From: a virus
DNA: 64,000 nucleotides
Reading direction: 5' to 3' (one strand)
IMG/VR virus record: IMGVR_UViG_3300029566_000004
A program made the translations under genes and the position numbers. The notes beneath the pieces were generated by a model. It did no database searches. It saw only the letters and a program-made list of their open reading frames with translations, and had not been told where the DNA came from. Below are positions 22,817 to 33,435 of the stretch, piece by piece; the stretch's first letter is position 1; every line of letters begins with the position of its first letter.

Positions 22817-23752
22817 CATTAAATCTAATTATTTCTAATTAGAATGGACTATCTCTTCAATATTTATTATTGTTTTGCACTTCGAATAGTAACTCATCTT
22901 CTATTCTACTGGGCTACACTCATCACCCATAGTCTCTACACCTTTTTTAAATATATTTCCATTTATAACCAAAAGCTTTTTTGCTATCTTTGCATCTTTT
23001 ACAAATATCTGAACTAGGAGTTTGACTAACTGTTAAATGCTATTTTATACACCAATCACCAGCTTCTTTTAAACTGTTGAAAATTTTAATTATTTTATAA
23101 TCGTCTGTACACATAGCTACTTTTTTACTATTTTTTTCCCTTATTTTATTTTTAGTTTCTTCTGTGTGGTGATGATTATAAAAAGGATTTTTTTCTCCTG
23201 TTCTTAATGATGCAATTTTTGATATTTTTTCTTTTGTTTTTTCATTATGCCTATGACCATAAAAAGGATTATTTTCTCCATAAAGTTTTTCTCCCCCATC
23301 GGTCATATTATATCCATTTGGCATTTTTGAATTAAAATATTTTATATAATACTATTCTAATTCTAATAATTTTTCTTTATCATCTTCATATACAACAACT
23401 TCATATTTAAAATTTTCCCAACCATATTTTTTAATTGCTCGCCCTAATAAAGTATTATGATTTATATCATCATTTTTATGTCGGCGCATTCTTTCTTTTA
23501 AAGTAGCTGTAGTATATCCGATGTACAGTTTATTATTTATTATATTGGTTATTTTATAGATACATCCCATATTATCACTTCCTTTGAAATATAGGAAATA
23601 TATTTAAAACTTGGCACGGTATTATCATATCCTTTTTATAGGACTTAGACTCCCTTACCCATAATATAATTACTTATTTCTGGACCGTTAGCCGAATAAT
23701 CGACACCCCTGAGTAATAGGGTTCACAAAATTTTAATTGACCTAGATTTTTA
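22817..23752 (-). mobile_element. Group I intron 2 in nrdJ (936 nt) carrying a GIY-YIG homing endonuclease gene
   Basis: Exon 2 ends ..ATT GGC T (U) and the intron ends ..AATG (omega-G). R-like element GTAGAGACTA (+ strand 22931-22943) and S-like element AGATAGTCCA (22845-22855). Splicing restores the frame and the RNR motif. Confidence 0.7.
22857..23570 (-). CDS. GIY-YIG homing endonuclease (I-TevI/Seg-like, NUMOD3 repeats), TAG read as sense; 3' end uncertain
   Basis: GCIYKITN..LYIGYT, then NPFYGHRHNEKTKEKIS and NPFYNHHHTEETKNKI repeats. Track ORFs 23352..23570 and 23040..23324 share a frame and are joined by TAG 23352. TAG also at 23040 and 22914. The canonical ending AFGYKWKYI* sits in another frame after an A5 run near 22977. 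Confidence 0.6.
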
Positions 23753-24305
23753 AGCCAATTTGACGCCAATCGCGCACACTATCTCTTTGCTCTTGCAGAG
23801 GATGACGATACAGTCCCTCATCTAAAACATCGTTAAGTGCACGCACTGCAACATCAACTGCCCGTTCAAATTCTTTCCATTGAAATTCTCCATTTACAAC
23901 AAACGCAGCCAAATTTAATGAACCAAGTAAACAACTGCCGCCAGCGGGCAGTGGCTCTTCGGCGCAGGGATTAGTTCCAGCATATTCAAAATCCGGATGA
24001 GTATTTAGCATATTTTCTTGTTCAATTCTATCCCAAAACAAAATACCTGGCTCTGCATAATTCCAATTTTGTTCACAAAGCAAATTAAATAAATCTTTTG
24101 CTTTTACGGTTTTACTAATTACTTCACCTGTTTCAGGTCGAGTAAAACTTAATTCCCAATCGTTATCATGTTGTACAGCGGTCATAAAGTCATCAGTTAC
24201 GCGTACAGAAATGTTAGCATAATTAACTTTATTTAAGTCACTTTTGATTGTGATAAACTTTTCAATATCGGGATGGTCGCATCGCATGGAAATCATTAAA
24301 GCCCC
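23753..24305 (-). CDS. nrdJ: Class II ribonucleotide reductase, exon 2
   Basis: GALMISMRCDHPDIEKFI continues the ..QNGRR of exon 1. Contains NPCAEEPLPAGGSCLLGSLNL. Confidence 0.8.
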
Positions 24306-25286
24306 CATAGTGGACTATATCTTATTTATTATATAATAATAAACTCGGGCGCTAATACGGTCTTATTGTTTCCTCAACCGTTAGTCTCTACACCTTCTAC
24401 TGCTTTTTCTTCAGTAGCTTGGCTCGGGGTTGTTGGGCCTTCCCCGAATTCACCCAATTCAAGACGCAGGGCTTGTGCTTTATCGTATTTTCTTTTTAGA
24501 ATAATAAAACTATCGTTTGGATAAATAAAATTTAAAAACTTTAATACATCTTCTCTATTGGCGAATTCTAATACGAAACAATTTTCATTAGACTTTGGTC
24601 TAATAATTGTTGAAATTGCGCATTGTTTTAATAAAATTTGTTGGATTCCTTCAAGTATTTTTAACGAAGAAGTAAAAGAGATTTTTTGCCATAATCTATT
24701 TCGGTCTTTTCTTCTACCCCATGTTAAACATCCGTCTCCATCAAAAAATCCTTGTACCAAATATTTTTCTAAATTTTTAGGAATAATGGGACAATGTTTA
24801 TTTTCTTTTGAAGAACAATGCTTATTAAAATCAGTAATTAAATCTAAATTACCAATAGTAATTCTAGCGCGAGGAAAACGTTTGGTTTTTGGAATATAGG
24901 TTAAATCTTCTGTATAATTTGCTCCAATGTATTCTGCAATAAATTGTAATATCTTTTTATCTTCTAAACAACACCCAAATTCAACTACATTATCATTGAT
25001 GTATCCATCTGCTAAAGCATAGCCAATAATATAAGCTTTTTCTGGAGTATCAATTTTATTAAACATTTTTGGGTTTTTATATTTAGGTTTTTTATATTTA
25101 GACTTGTCATTTAACCCATATTTAGTAATCCAATATTCAATAGTTGATTTTGCTTTTCCAACAATCTTTGCAATTTCTTGTTGTGTTAATCCTTTTTCTA
25201 AATATTTTTCTAATAGTTTTCTATTCACAGAAAGAGCCTCCTACTCTATATATTTTCGGAAACTTACAATTTAATTAAGCAAGTTT
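24306..25286 (-). mobile_element. Group I intron 1 in nrdJ (981 nt) carrying a LAGLIDADG homing endonuclease gene
   Basis: Exon 1 ends ..AGA CGT (U) and the intron ends ..ATG (G). R-like GTAGAGACTAA (24382-24394) and S-like GATATAGTCCA (24311-24321). Confidence 0.7.
24374..25228 (-). CDS. LAGLIDADG homing endonuclease with N-terminal HTH (284 aa)
   Basis: Two LAGLIDADG motifs (YIIGYALADGYI, LVQGFFDGDGCL). GTG 25228 follows AGGAGG. No in-frame TAG. Confidence 0.8.
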   Translation of the reverse strand: MNRKLLEKYLEKGLTQQEIAKIVGKAKSTIEYWITKYGLNDKSKYKKPKYKNPKMFNKIDTPEKAYIIGYALADGYINDNVVEFGCCLEDKKILQFIAEYIGANYTEDLTYIPKTKRFPRARITIGNLDLITDFNKHCSSKENKHCPIIPKNLEKYLVQGFFDGDGCLTWGRRKDRNRLWQKISFTSSLKILEGIQQILLKQCAISTIIRPKSNENCFVLEFANREDVLKFLNFIYPNDSFIILKRKYDKAQALRLELGEFGEGPTTPSQATEEKAVEGVETNG

Positions 25287-25736
25287 ACGTCTGCCATTTT
25301 GTCCAATTTGTTCGGTCACTTGTGAGAAAGTGTCCATGAAAGAAACAGCGCCACTTGTTGTTTTGGCTTGATTATGAACTCTTGCACCTGCTGGAGCCAA
25401 TTTACTAATATCAATGCCGCATCCTCCACCATATGAATAAGTACGTGCCAACTTTTTACAAGTTTCATAAATACTTTCAATGGAGTCCTCTGGAGGACTA
25501 ATAACATAACAATTACTATATGTTACTCGCTCTATCTGCTCACTTACATTTCGGTTAGAAAGAATACGACCACCAAATAAAAATTTCTTATCAATAATTA
25601 ATTGTTTTACTTCTTCATGACCATTACTAATACGGTCTAACCATTGGTCAAAACTTTCATCACCACGACGATATTTTTTCTCCCATATATCAATACCGAG
25701 AGTATTATTTTCGCCTAACCAATCTTGTATTGTCAT
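25287..25736 (-). CDS. nrdJ: Class II ribonucleotide reductase, exon 1
   Basis: MTIQDWLG..FGGRILSNRN..YGGGCGIDISKL..QIGQNGRR. The three exons total 737 codons in one frame. Confidence 0.8.
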
Positions 25737-25805
25737 AAGTTACTCCTTTATCTAAATGTAGTATGGTGTGGGGATACACCTACTATATATGGATTTTATA
25801 ATAAT

Positions 25806-26387
25806 TTATTTAATGTAATTTACCCAATCATCTATGTATCCTTTAAGTACTTCAGCTTCTTCTTCAGTAGTTAAAGAACCATCAGTTCGCATAATGATTG
25901 TATTCTCTCTATTTGAAATATCGAATTCAGAGAAATCAAATCGGTCAGTATTATACCGCCTTAATACTTCTTCCACATCTGGAGTATTCTCTCGTGAAAG
26001 CTGGCGTATGAGCCGTATATGGTCTGGGCAATCGCACATAATTAATAAGACATTTAAAAAGTCATGACTATCAAGAGCTTCCACCCCAGCAGGATTGAAG
26101 ACTCCAAAGTTTAATTTATCTTCGGCTAAATCAAGAACACTTGTGCCATATACCCAGCCATTAAATTCAGCTGCTTCAAGCATCTTACCTTCTTCAATTA
26201 GTTGAATAAATTCATCTCTGGTTATAAAATGATAATCTTTACCATCTACTTCATAATCTCTTGGTGGACGCGTAGTATAACTTACTTTTATGTGCGCTTC
26301 TGGATATATTTTTGCAAGGGCTTGGAGCAGCGCATCTTTGCCTGCTCCAGCCTTACCACATATCGCAACTATATTATACTTCTTCAT
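25806..26387 (-). CDS. Guanylate kinase-family (d)NMP kinase
   Basis: P-loop CGKAGAGKD and signature YTTRPPRDYEVDGKDYHF. Confidence 0.75.
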   Translation of the reverse strand: MKKYNIVAICGKAGAGKDALLQALAKIYPEAHIKVSYTTRPPRDYEVDGKDYHFITRDEFIQLIEEGKMLEAAEFNGWVYGTSVLDLAEDKLNFGVFNPAGVEALDSHDFLNVLLIMCDCPDHIRLIRQLSRENTPDVEEVLRRYNTDRFDFSEFDISNRENTIIMRTDGSLTTEEEAEVLKGYIDDWVNYIK

Positions 26388-29300
26388 CTTCCTCAGTTGT
26401 GCCTCCTTGATAACGAGTATCTTGTAAGATTAAATCTCCATTGCTTTTTACTTCGTTAATTTTATATAATTGATGTCCTACTGTGCTTGCATATTTCTTA
26501 CAAATGAAATTATCCCCTGAACGCATTCCATTTACAATTATCATATTACCACGCTTAAACCAAGAACGCTCAACTATATGTTTCTTGCCATCCGCTCCAC
26601 GTTCAGAAATCTGTCTATCAAATAATGCGAAATATTCTTTTCTAAACTTTACTTCAACAACGCCATCGGGAGTCAGCAAGGTTACTGTACTTTTTGTTTT
26701 ATTTCTATCAATACAAGTTCCTGCAATTTTCGTTAACTTAAAAAGTGGAATAGTTTTATTGCCACGATACCAATACTTATCAGCTTCTGGCTCTTCTGGT
26801 AAATCAAAGAAATCACTTAAACCATATTTTTCATTATTGATATTTAATAACTCGTGGTCATGATAATAAATACATGCAGCTTCCATTTCCCAATGTGAAA
26901 TTGTTCCGGACGCATATTTATCCCATTCTTCTTTGAACAAAATTGTATTTAACTTGAATAATAAATCTGATTTATTTTGCATCATCCAATGTCTAAATAT
27001 ATCCATTTCGCTTTGATATATCTTATCCCACTGTTTTGCATTCATTAAATCTCCATCAATTAATCTTTCCCAACCTTGACTAATTAAAAAATCAATTGCG
27101 CGCACGTCTAACCGATAATTTATATCTGATGCTTTCTCACGACATACTGCTTTGAGATAACGATTAAATTCATAAATGCGCAGACCGCGTTCCATCTTTT
27201 CATCATCTAATGGAACCAAATTGTATTTTAGTAATGTAGGGAAACTTGTTAAGTTCAAATTTGTCTTTGGCTCACAAGTTGTCCATAAATACCATGCCAT
27301 TGTAAACTTGCGGTCTTCTATACTATCAAAAGCTCCTGCTTTGATAAGTGAAATCATTGCTTGTTTTTTTGGATGTGCTCTATTTACAAAATCTTTTGGT
27401 GATGTATATGGACGATTCTCAATTATAACTTTGATAAAATCATCACCAACATTTACCAAATTCTTAAATCCCATTAAGATACAATTATTTTTTACATCAG
27501 GCGTAAAGCCATATTTTGAGGTATTAATATCAACTAACTTAACATCAATATCAGATGTTGTCAATTCACCAATAGCTTTTGCAATTTTACCATAATTAGT
27601 ACTTGCGCCACCGTCTTCATCAGTTGCACCGCTATTTACAATTAAACAAGCTGTATCCCAATATATTGAATTCCAATGAGTGGAAAGATAAATCATCTGT
27701 ACTCCAACAAATGAATACGGTAATGAATGATTTTTACTAAATGCATATCCAAGACTTGGTGCAATCGCTGTAAACCAAATATAATCTGCATAATGTGCGT
27801 CGCCCACATGCTCATATAATTGTTTACGCAAATCGGGAATTTTTTTCATTTGTTTCTTTGCAACAATTTTACGAGCTGCGTTTGCTTCTCCCAAAGTAAA
27901 CTTTGCAATATCTTCATCCATTAAAATTTCCATCATTTGCTCTTGAAGAGGAACTGTGCCATAATACGCATCACAATACTTATGAAACGCCGCACGCTGC
28001 TTATCATTTAATCCTCGAGTTAACATTTCCTCTTCAAACTCATTAGGATGTTCTTTTATACGAACATATCTATCCTGCTGTGGCTCTTTGCCTTTCTCAG
28101 ACATAAGACGCATCAACGCCGATGCCGCAGTCATCTCTAACATATTTTGCGGTTTGAGCTTTTTTGCTATCATCAAACCAACACCTGTTGCGAACTGGAA
28201 TACGTCGAGAATATCTCCCGCCGCAAGGTGATCCCAAAGTTCTTGATTAGTTACATCTATAACTTCTGGATGGAGATATTGATTATAAAATGTTCTCAAA
28301 TCAATATCTTCTATTTGTTTATCTTCCTTTAACATCTCATAACATTTGATAATTTTATCAGATGCTTCTGTTACAAGGAAGTCATACTTTGTATCACCAG
28401 CGGCTTCTGCCTCATGCAAATCCCAACAAGTTACTAAATCCCAACCAGGAGAACGCATAAATGATGCGGTTTCAAATGGGTTATCACCATACAAAATTAC
28501 ACCACTTGCATGTACTCCACGCTTATTGACAAGACCGCAAATATAAACTATGATATCTAATAAGCCAGGATATTTATTTACTTCCTCTAAGAAAGATGTA
28601 ACAGGTTTCCTATCTCTTTCTTCATTTCCATATATAACATCATTAATCTCCCATAAGAAACCACGCTCTTGTGGAATGAGAGAAGACATATATTGCGCTA
28701 TATCTACATCAATTCCATCGGGATATTCTTCACTTCTATATCCACGACAAGCAGTTTGGATTGCAGATTTAGTTGCTTCTGTACCAAATGTGACAACCTG
28801 CACAACACCAAATTCTCCGCGTTCTTCTCTTATCTTTTCAAAAATCAAAGGACGCTTACTTGGCGCAAGGTCAATATCAATATCAGGTAATTCCGCACGT
28901 TCTTTATTTAAAAACCTCCAGTATGGCAAGTCCCAACGAATCGGGTCAAGCTGGGTGATACCCAATAGATAATTAGATAAAAAACCTGTTGCTGAACCAC
29001 GACCGGGACCTACGATGCTACCGCACTCCCAAAATAAATTAATATAATGTTGGAATGTATTAAAATATGCAAATAGACAATCGTCTAACTTTTTTCCGAT
29101 ATCTTGAATAATATCAGCTTCAACGCAAATGCGGTCAATATAATTCCATTCCCACAAACCTTTTTCTATTAATCCTTCAAGACATTGATTAATCCAATAT
29201 CTCTCTTGAGGATTATCTGATGTTCCTAAATCTTGAATGATTTTCCATCGGCCCTTTAATTCATCGGCATAATCATTATTAACACCAAAATAATGATGAT

Positions 29301-30261
29301 ACTCACTTTTATCGTATTCTTTAACTTGAATCTTTGGAATAATCTGTTTGCGCTCAAGGCTAAACCATTGAATTTTTTTTTGCAGCTCTTGACTATTTTC
29401 AAACATCCAATCAATTACTGCCTCATCTTCAATGCTCTTTAACATTAATTCTTTGACTTCATCGGGAGACATTACATATGTATACTGATAGAACTTATCA
29501 GTTTCACGGTCGCCATCTTTAGAAGTCAAATACGCACGATGAATTGGTCTATCTTCTGGACGCAGATAATGAGCATCAGTACCAATAACCATAGGGATGC
29601 CCAATGCTTTACTTATCTTATATAAAGTTTGATTAACTAATATCTGTTCTTCATCTGTGCTTGGAGCGCACTCAATATAAAAATCAGAACCAAAAATATC
29701 TAAACAATAATTTAAGAAATTATTGATATTGTCATAATAAATCTTGGCGTTTTGATTATCTCCAACTGCTCTTGCCTTTGCCATCAATAAAGCATTAGAT
29801 GATAACTCACCACCAATACAAGCACTTGTTGCAATTACATGTCCAGGATTTTCTTTAATAATTCTCTTTAAATCTTCCTTTAAAGTTGGAACACGTTCCA
29901 GACGACCATATTCATATATGTTTGTCCATGCAAGTGAACTTAATTTTTTAAGTTGTGTATAACCGTCATTATCCTTTGCAATTAATATAAAGTGATAATA
30001 CTTTTGCTTCGGTTCTCTGGTCTCTGTAAGATAAATTTCATTACCTAACGCAATCGTAAAATCTGGGTCGGTTTCGCGCATCGCTTTCGCTAATTTATTA
30101 ACTGTCATATGCGCACAAAGAGCTTCGTGGTCCGTTATTGCCAAACCACTTAGCCCTAATTCTTTCGATGTTTTAATTAATGCTTCAGGTCGATTAATAC
30201 TATCAAGTAAGCGAAGATTTGAATACATTGTATGCGCATGGCAATTAAAGTATGTGTTCAT
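26374..30261 (-). CDS. dnaE: DNA polymerase III alpha subunit (DnaE-type, N-terminal PHP domain)
   Basis: 1295-aa intact ORF. PHP motif CHAHTMYS..DHEAL and GPGRGSATGFLSNYLLGITQLDP. No TAG. Confidence 0.9.
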   Translation of the reverse strand: MNTYFNCHAHTMYSNLRLLDSINRPEALIKTSKELGLSGLAITDHEALCAHMTVNKLAKAMRETDPDFTIALGNEIYLTETREPKQKYYHFILIAKDNDGYTQLKKLSSLAWTNIYEYGRLERVPTLKEDLKRIIKENPGHVIATSACIGGELSSNALLMAKARAVGDNQNAKIYYDNINNFLNYCLDIFGSDFYIECAPSTDEEQILVNQTLYKISKALGIPMVIGTDAHYLRPEDRPIHRAYLTSKDGDRETDKFYQYTYVMSPDEVKELMLKSIEDEAVIDWMFENSQELQKKIQWFSLERKQIIPKIQVKEYDKSEYHHYFGVNNDYADELKGRWKIIQDLGTSDNPQERYWINQCLEGLIEKGLWEWNYIDRICVEADIIQDIGKKLDDCLFAYFNTFQHYINLFWECGSIVGPGRGSATGFLSNYLLGITQLDPIRWDLPYWRFLNKERAELPDIDIDLAPSKRPLIFEKIREERGEFGVVQVVTFGTEATKSAIQTACRGYRSEEYPDGIDVDIAQYMSSLIPQERGFLWEINDVIYGNEERDRKPVTSFLEEVNKYPGLLDIIVYICGLVNKRGVHASGVILYGDNPFETASFMRSPGWDLVTCWDLHEAEAAGDTKYDFLVTEASDKIIKCYEMLKEDKQIEDIDLRTFYNQYLHPEVIDVTNQELWDHLAAGDILDVFQFATGVGLMIAKKLKPQNMLEMTAASALMRLMSEKGKEPQQDRYVRIKEHPNEFEEEMLTRGLNDKQRAAFHKYCDAYYGTVPLQEQMMEILMDEDIAKFTLGEANAARKIVAKKQMKKIPDLRKQLYEHVGDAHYADYIWFTAIAPSLGYAFSKNHSLPYSFVGVQMIYLSTHWNSIYWDTACLIVNSGATDEDGGASTNYGKIAKAIGELTTSDIDVKLVDINTSKYGFTPDVKNNCILMGFKNLVNVGDDFIKVIIENRPYTSPKDFVNRAHPKKQAMISLIKAGAFDSIEDRKFTMAWYLWTTCEPKTNLNLTSFPTLLKYNLVPLDDEKMERGLRIYEFNRYLKAVCREKASDINYRLDVRAIDFLISQGWERLIDGDLMNAKQWDKIYQSEMDIFRHWMMQNKSDLLFKLNTILFKEEWDKYASGTISHWEMEAACIYYHDHELLNINNEKYGLSDFFDLPEEPEADKYWYRGNKTIPLFKLTKIAGTCIDRNKTKSTVTLLTPDGVVEVKFRKEYFALFDRQISERGADGKKHIVERSWFKRGNMIIVNGMRSGDNFICKKYASTVGHQLYKINEVKSNGDLILQDTRYQGGTTEEDEEV

Positions 30262-30302
30262 TTCTTCCTCCCTTCATAATTTTATAATATTCTTACTTTA
30301 TA

Positions 30303-30331
30303 AGTATACCATATATTTTTATCAAAATCAA
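30303..30331 (-). promoter_or_regulatory. Early promoter (TTGATT-N17-TATACT) upstream of dnaE
   Basis: -35 at 30326-30331, -10 at 30303-30308, exact 17-nt spacer. Confidence 0.5.
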
Positions 30332-31520
30332 TCATGCTTTACAATAACCAATTTATCAACGGCACGGGTAGCCGCAGTATAAAGCCAGCGCGCATGTTCA
30401 GTTTTATTAAATGGAAACTTTTCTTCCAGAACTAATACTTTATCCCACTCGCTACCTTGCGCTTTATGGCAAGTGATTGCATATCCATATGAAAACTCTT
30501 TTGGTAATAAATCTCCATAACGATTTTTTGCACGATTAAGCTTATATGCTAAACGCCAATCGCAACATTTTTCACCAGTTAAAAGCATAATGCGATCACC
30601 CATAACCGCAGGATAAATACTTCCATTAGCAACAAAATCAAAATTCAGAACATCAAATTTTTGTATAGGTTCGTTATAAATTAATTGACGGGGTAACTTT
30701 AACCATTCTTGGCTACTATTAGTTAATGTGCCGATTGTTCCATTTACTAATGCGTCACCATCATAGTTAATACTTTCCCAATAATTACGCAAACAAATAA
30801 CTTTATCTCCATCTTCTGGGTTAATACCTTTGCCCAGAAGTGCGCGAATATTATTATTCTGCGCAAGGCGTTGCATATTTGTACCAACGATAACTTGGTC
30901 ACCCCATAACAGCATCCCAGTATTTAAACTATGATTAGGCAATATCATTACATCATTACCTTTCCAATCATCCAATGTTGCGTTTTCACGAATTTTCATT
31001 GTAAGCTGAATGATTTCTGAGTCCATGGCCTGACGCACGATTTCATCAAGGAAAACATGCGGATGGTCAAGTAAATGATTATCTTCATCTGTATCTATTG
31101 GTGGCAGCTGAAATGGGTCGCCTAAACATATTACATAAACTTTATGCTTAAATAGCTGGTCCATAAGACTCTTTGGCACCATACTGACCTCATCAACTAC
31201 AACAATAGTAAAGCCAAGGGCGGGCTTAGGCTTATGCATAAAACCACCGGCAGGGCGAGGCACACTATCAAATAAAAGTCGATGCATTGTCATAGCATTA
31301 GGATTACCCTTTTTGCGCAAAACCTCGGCGGCTTTGCCAGTGAAACTGGCATACGCAATTTGTTCCGGAGCGACATCAAGAGCTTCAACTATAAATCGCA
31401 CAAGAGTTGATTTACCTGTTCCAGTTAAGCGTAGCCAGCAATTACGGTGTATTTTTCACCAGCGCGATGCCGAGCTACTGCTATTTTCAGTCCTTCTTCT
31501 TGACCTTTAGTCAAAATCAT
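30328..31520 (-). CDS. SF1 RecD/Dda/Pif1-like DNA helicase; reading frame changes inside the Walker A region
   Basis: ATG 31520 after GGAGGA encodes MILTKGQEEGLKIAVARHRAGEKYTVIAGYA, then TAA (31425-31427). The -1 frame continues LTGTGKSTLVRFIVEAL.. (track ORF 30328..31401) with VVVDEVSMV, GDPFQLPPI and CHKAQGSEWD. Confidence 0.7.
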
Positions 31521-31571
31521 GACTTACTTCCTCCATTTCTTGAAGTTTTAAATTTTTTATTTTCTATAATC

Positions 31572-31600
31572 ATTATATCATAATTTATAAAATTTTTCAA
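31572..31600 (-). promoter_or_regulatory. Promoter (TTGAAA-N17-TGATATAAT) upstream of the helicase
   Basis: -35 at 31595-31600, -10 at 31572-31577 with a TG extension, 17-nt spacer. Confidence 0.55.
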
Positions 31601-31642
31601 CAATTGCTCGCAAAATTTCCAAAAGCATTTTTTAATTAGGTT

Positions 31643-31679
31643 TTCGGGTCTCGCATCCACTACCGGGCGGAGACCCGAA
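31643..31679 (-). terminator. Stem-loop after the recJ-like gene (possible terminator)
   Basis: 10-bp stem TTCGGGTCTC / GAGACCCGAA with a 17-nt loop. The downstream tract is only moderately U-rich. Confidence 0.4.
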
Positions 31680-31689
31680 CGGATACATT

Positions 31690-33435
31690 TTAGAAGTAAT
31701 AAGGCCAATTTCGTGTCACATAATAATCCTTAATTTCTACTTGTGGTTTTTCATATCCACCATAGTTATTAATTTTACATTCACCAATAATAGTAAGTTC
31801 ATGACCACCCATTGTGTCATGTAAATTTTCATATTCCTCGTCAGACACTTTAAATTTAATAAAACTTAAATCACCAAAACTAATATGAAGTGTATTTGCT
31901 TTATATAAATTTACATTATCCGCAGTTACATTAACATTTGTAATAGCGACTAGTGGTTCAGCTACGCCTTGGCCCCAATAATCATACAACGCACCAATGT
32001 CTAAAATTGTTTGCTCTAAATTATCATCAGTACGATGTAATTCTAAATCAACAAAATAACAAGGAGAAAAATCAATATCAGCATATTTTTCATCTAAATA
32101 ATTAATTAATTTAGTGAAATTTTCATCTTTAATACTGACACCACCCGCATTTGCATGACCTTCGCAATATTCAACCAATCCACTATCTAAAAACATTTGC
32201 CGCGTATCGGTGATGGGAATATGGGGTGCGCCACGCATTGATCCTTCCCAATACTTCACGCCATCGCGCTCTACCTCATTCAATATTGCTGTTGGATGCC
32301 TCCAATAGTTAGCAATTTGTGTAGCAATTAAACCTGTCAAATTTTTATCTGCTGCTTTTTCTTTTGGCATCTTAACTGCAATTAATACATGGTCATAAAG
32401 GCAATTGTCAGCAATAATTTTTTCAACAATCGCTTTAATATCATCACGGTCTTTTTCTTGATGACGTTTAACATTGCCGCAAGTGCGCACCGCCTGTTCG
32501 ACACGCATTTCTGTCATTCCCTTTTCGCCGCGCTTAGTGGATGGAATTTGTTCATATGCGCGGAAAGTTAACATGGATTCAAATAACAATAGGCGCTCTT
32601 GTGCATTACCAGAACGGTTAATTGCATTAATAAATGGCGCAATATAAAATGCCACTTTAAAAGGATTTAAAGAACCTTGCACTTTAAATTCTTGCTTCTT
32701 TACCATTTCTTTTAAGAACGGATTTGTGATATTTTGTAAACCTTGTTCAATAATAAAACGCACTTCATATGAATTTAAATCCATAATATCAGCAATAATA
32801 CCAACAGCAGCTAAATCCATAAAGCTTTCAGAGTAATCAATACCTAATAATTTATCTAAATAAGCACAAAACTTATATACCACTCCGGCGCCTGACAATG
32901 ATTTAGTAGGATAATCACACATTTGATTATTTATAATACAAGCATATTCTGAAACATGGTCAGCTAAGTGATGGTCGATAACTAATACATCACAACCACG
33001 TTCAGCAAGTTGTTTATGCACATCATAGTCATTGCTGCTGGAATCGGGCGCAATTACAAGTTTGATATCCTTAGGTATAGTATTTAATTTAAGTCCATGA
33101 GATTTATCATCATGTACTCGATAAGTAATATTATTTTGAACATATGCAGGGAATAAACAATTTAAATAATTAATTAACAAAGCCGCAGAAGTATAACCAT
33201 CACAATCTGAATCAACTTGAATTAAAATTTTGTCTTGCGCTTTAATATGTTTAATTAACATTGTTGCCCCTTCACGTACATTCATTAAACACTCAGGCGC
33301 AATTAAATCATCTTTAGTCGTATGTAAATAATGATTTATATTTTCTTTTCCAATTATTCCTCTATTAGCAAAAATTTGCTCAATCGGACTCAGCTTCGGA
33401 TTCCTTGGTTGTATCAACTGATATTGTAGACTCAT
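31690..33435 (-). CDS. DHH-family RecJ-like single-strand-specific exonuclease
   Basis: DSDCDGYTSAALL, VIDHH and GGHANAGG-like (EGHANAGG) motifs. 581-aa intact ORF. Confidence 0.75.
   Translation of the reverse strand: MSLQYQLIQPRNPKLSPIEQIFANRGIIGKENINHYLHTTKDDLIAPECLMNVREGATMLIKHIKAQDKILIQVDSDCDGYTSAALLINYLNCLFPAYVQNNITYRVHDDKSHGLKLNTIPKDIKLVIAPDSSSNDYDVHKQLAERGCDVLVIDHHLADHVSEYACIINNQMCDYPTKSLSGAGVVYKFCAYLDKLLGIDYSESFMDLAAVGIIADIMDLNSYEVRFIIEQGLQNITNPFLKEMVKKQEFKVQGSLNPFKVAFYIAPFINAINRSGNAQERLLLFESMLTFRAYEQIPSTKRGEKGMTEMRVEQAVRTCGNVKRHQEKDRDDIKAIVEKIIADNCLYDHVLIAVKMPKEKAADKNLTGLIATQIANYWRHPTAILNEVERDGVKYWEGSMRGAPHIPITDTRQMFLDSGLVEYCEGHANAGGVSIKDENFTKLINYLDEKYADIDFSPCYFVDLELHRTDDNLEQTILDIGALYDYWGQGVAEPLVAITNVNVTADNVNLYKANTLHISFGDLSFIKFKVSDEEYENLHDTMGGHELTIIGECKINNYGGYEKPQVEIKDYYVTRNWPYYF

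Noticed and set aside
31420-31430. Programmed -1 ribosomal frameshift in the helicase gene
   Set aside because: There is no X XXY YYZ slippery site and no obvious downstream structure. I report it as an unexplained frame break, not as programmed recoding.
31517-31708. 63-aa minus-strand ORF between the recJ-like gene and the helicase
   Set aside because: It spans a hairpin, a TTGAAA-N17-TATAAT promoter and the helicase SD. It is more plausibly a regulatory intergenic region than a gene.
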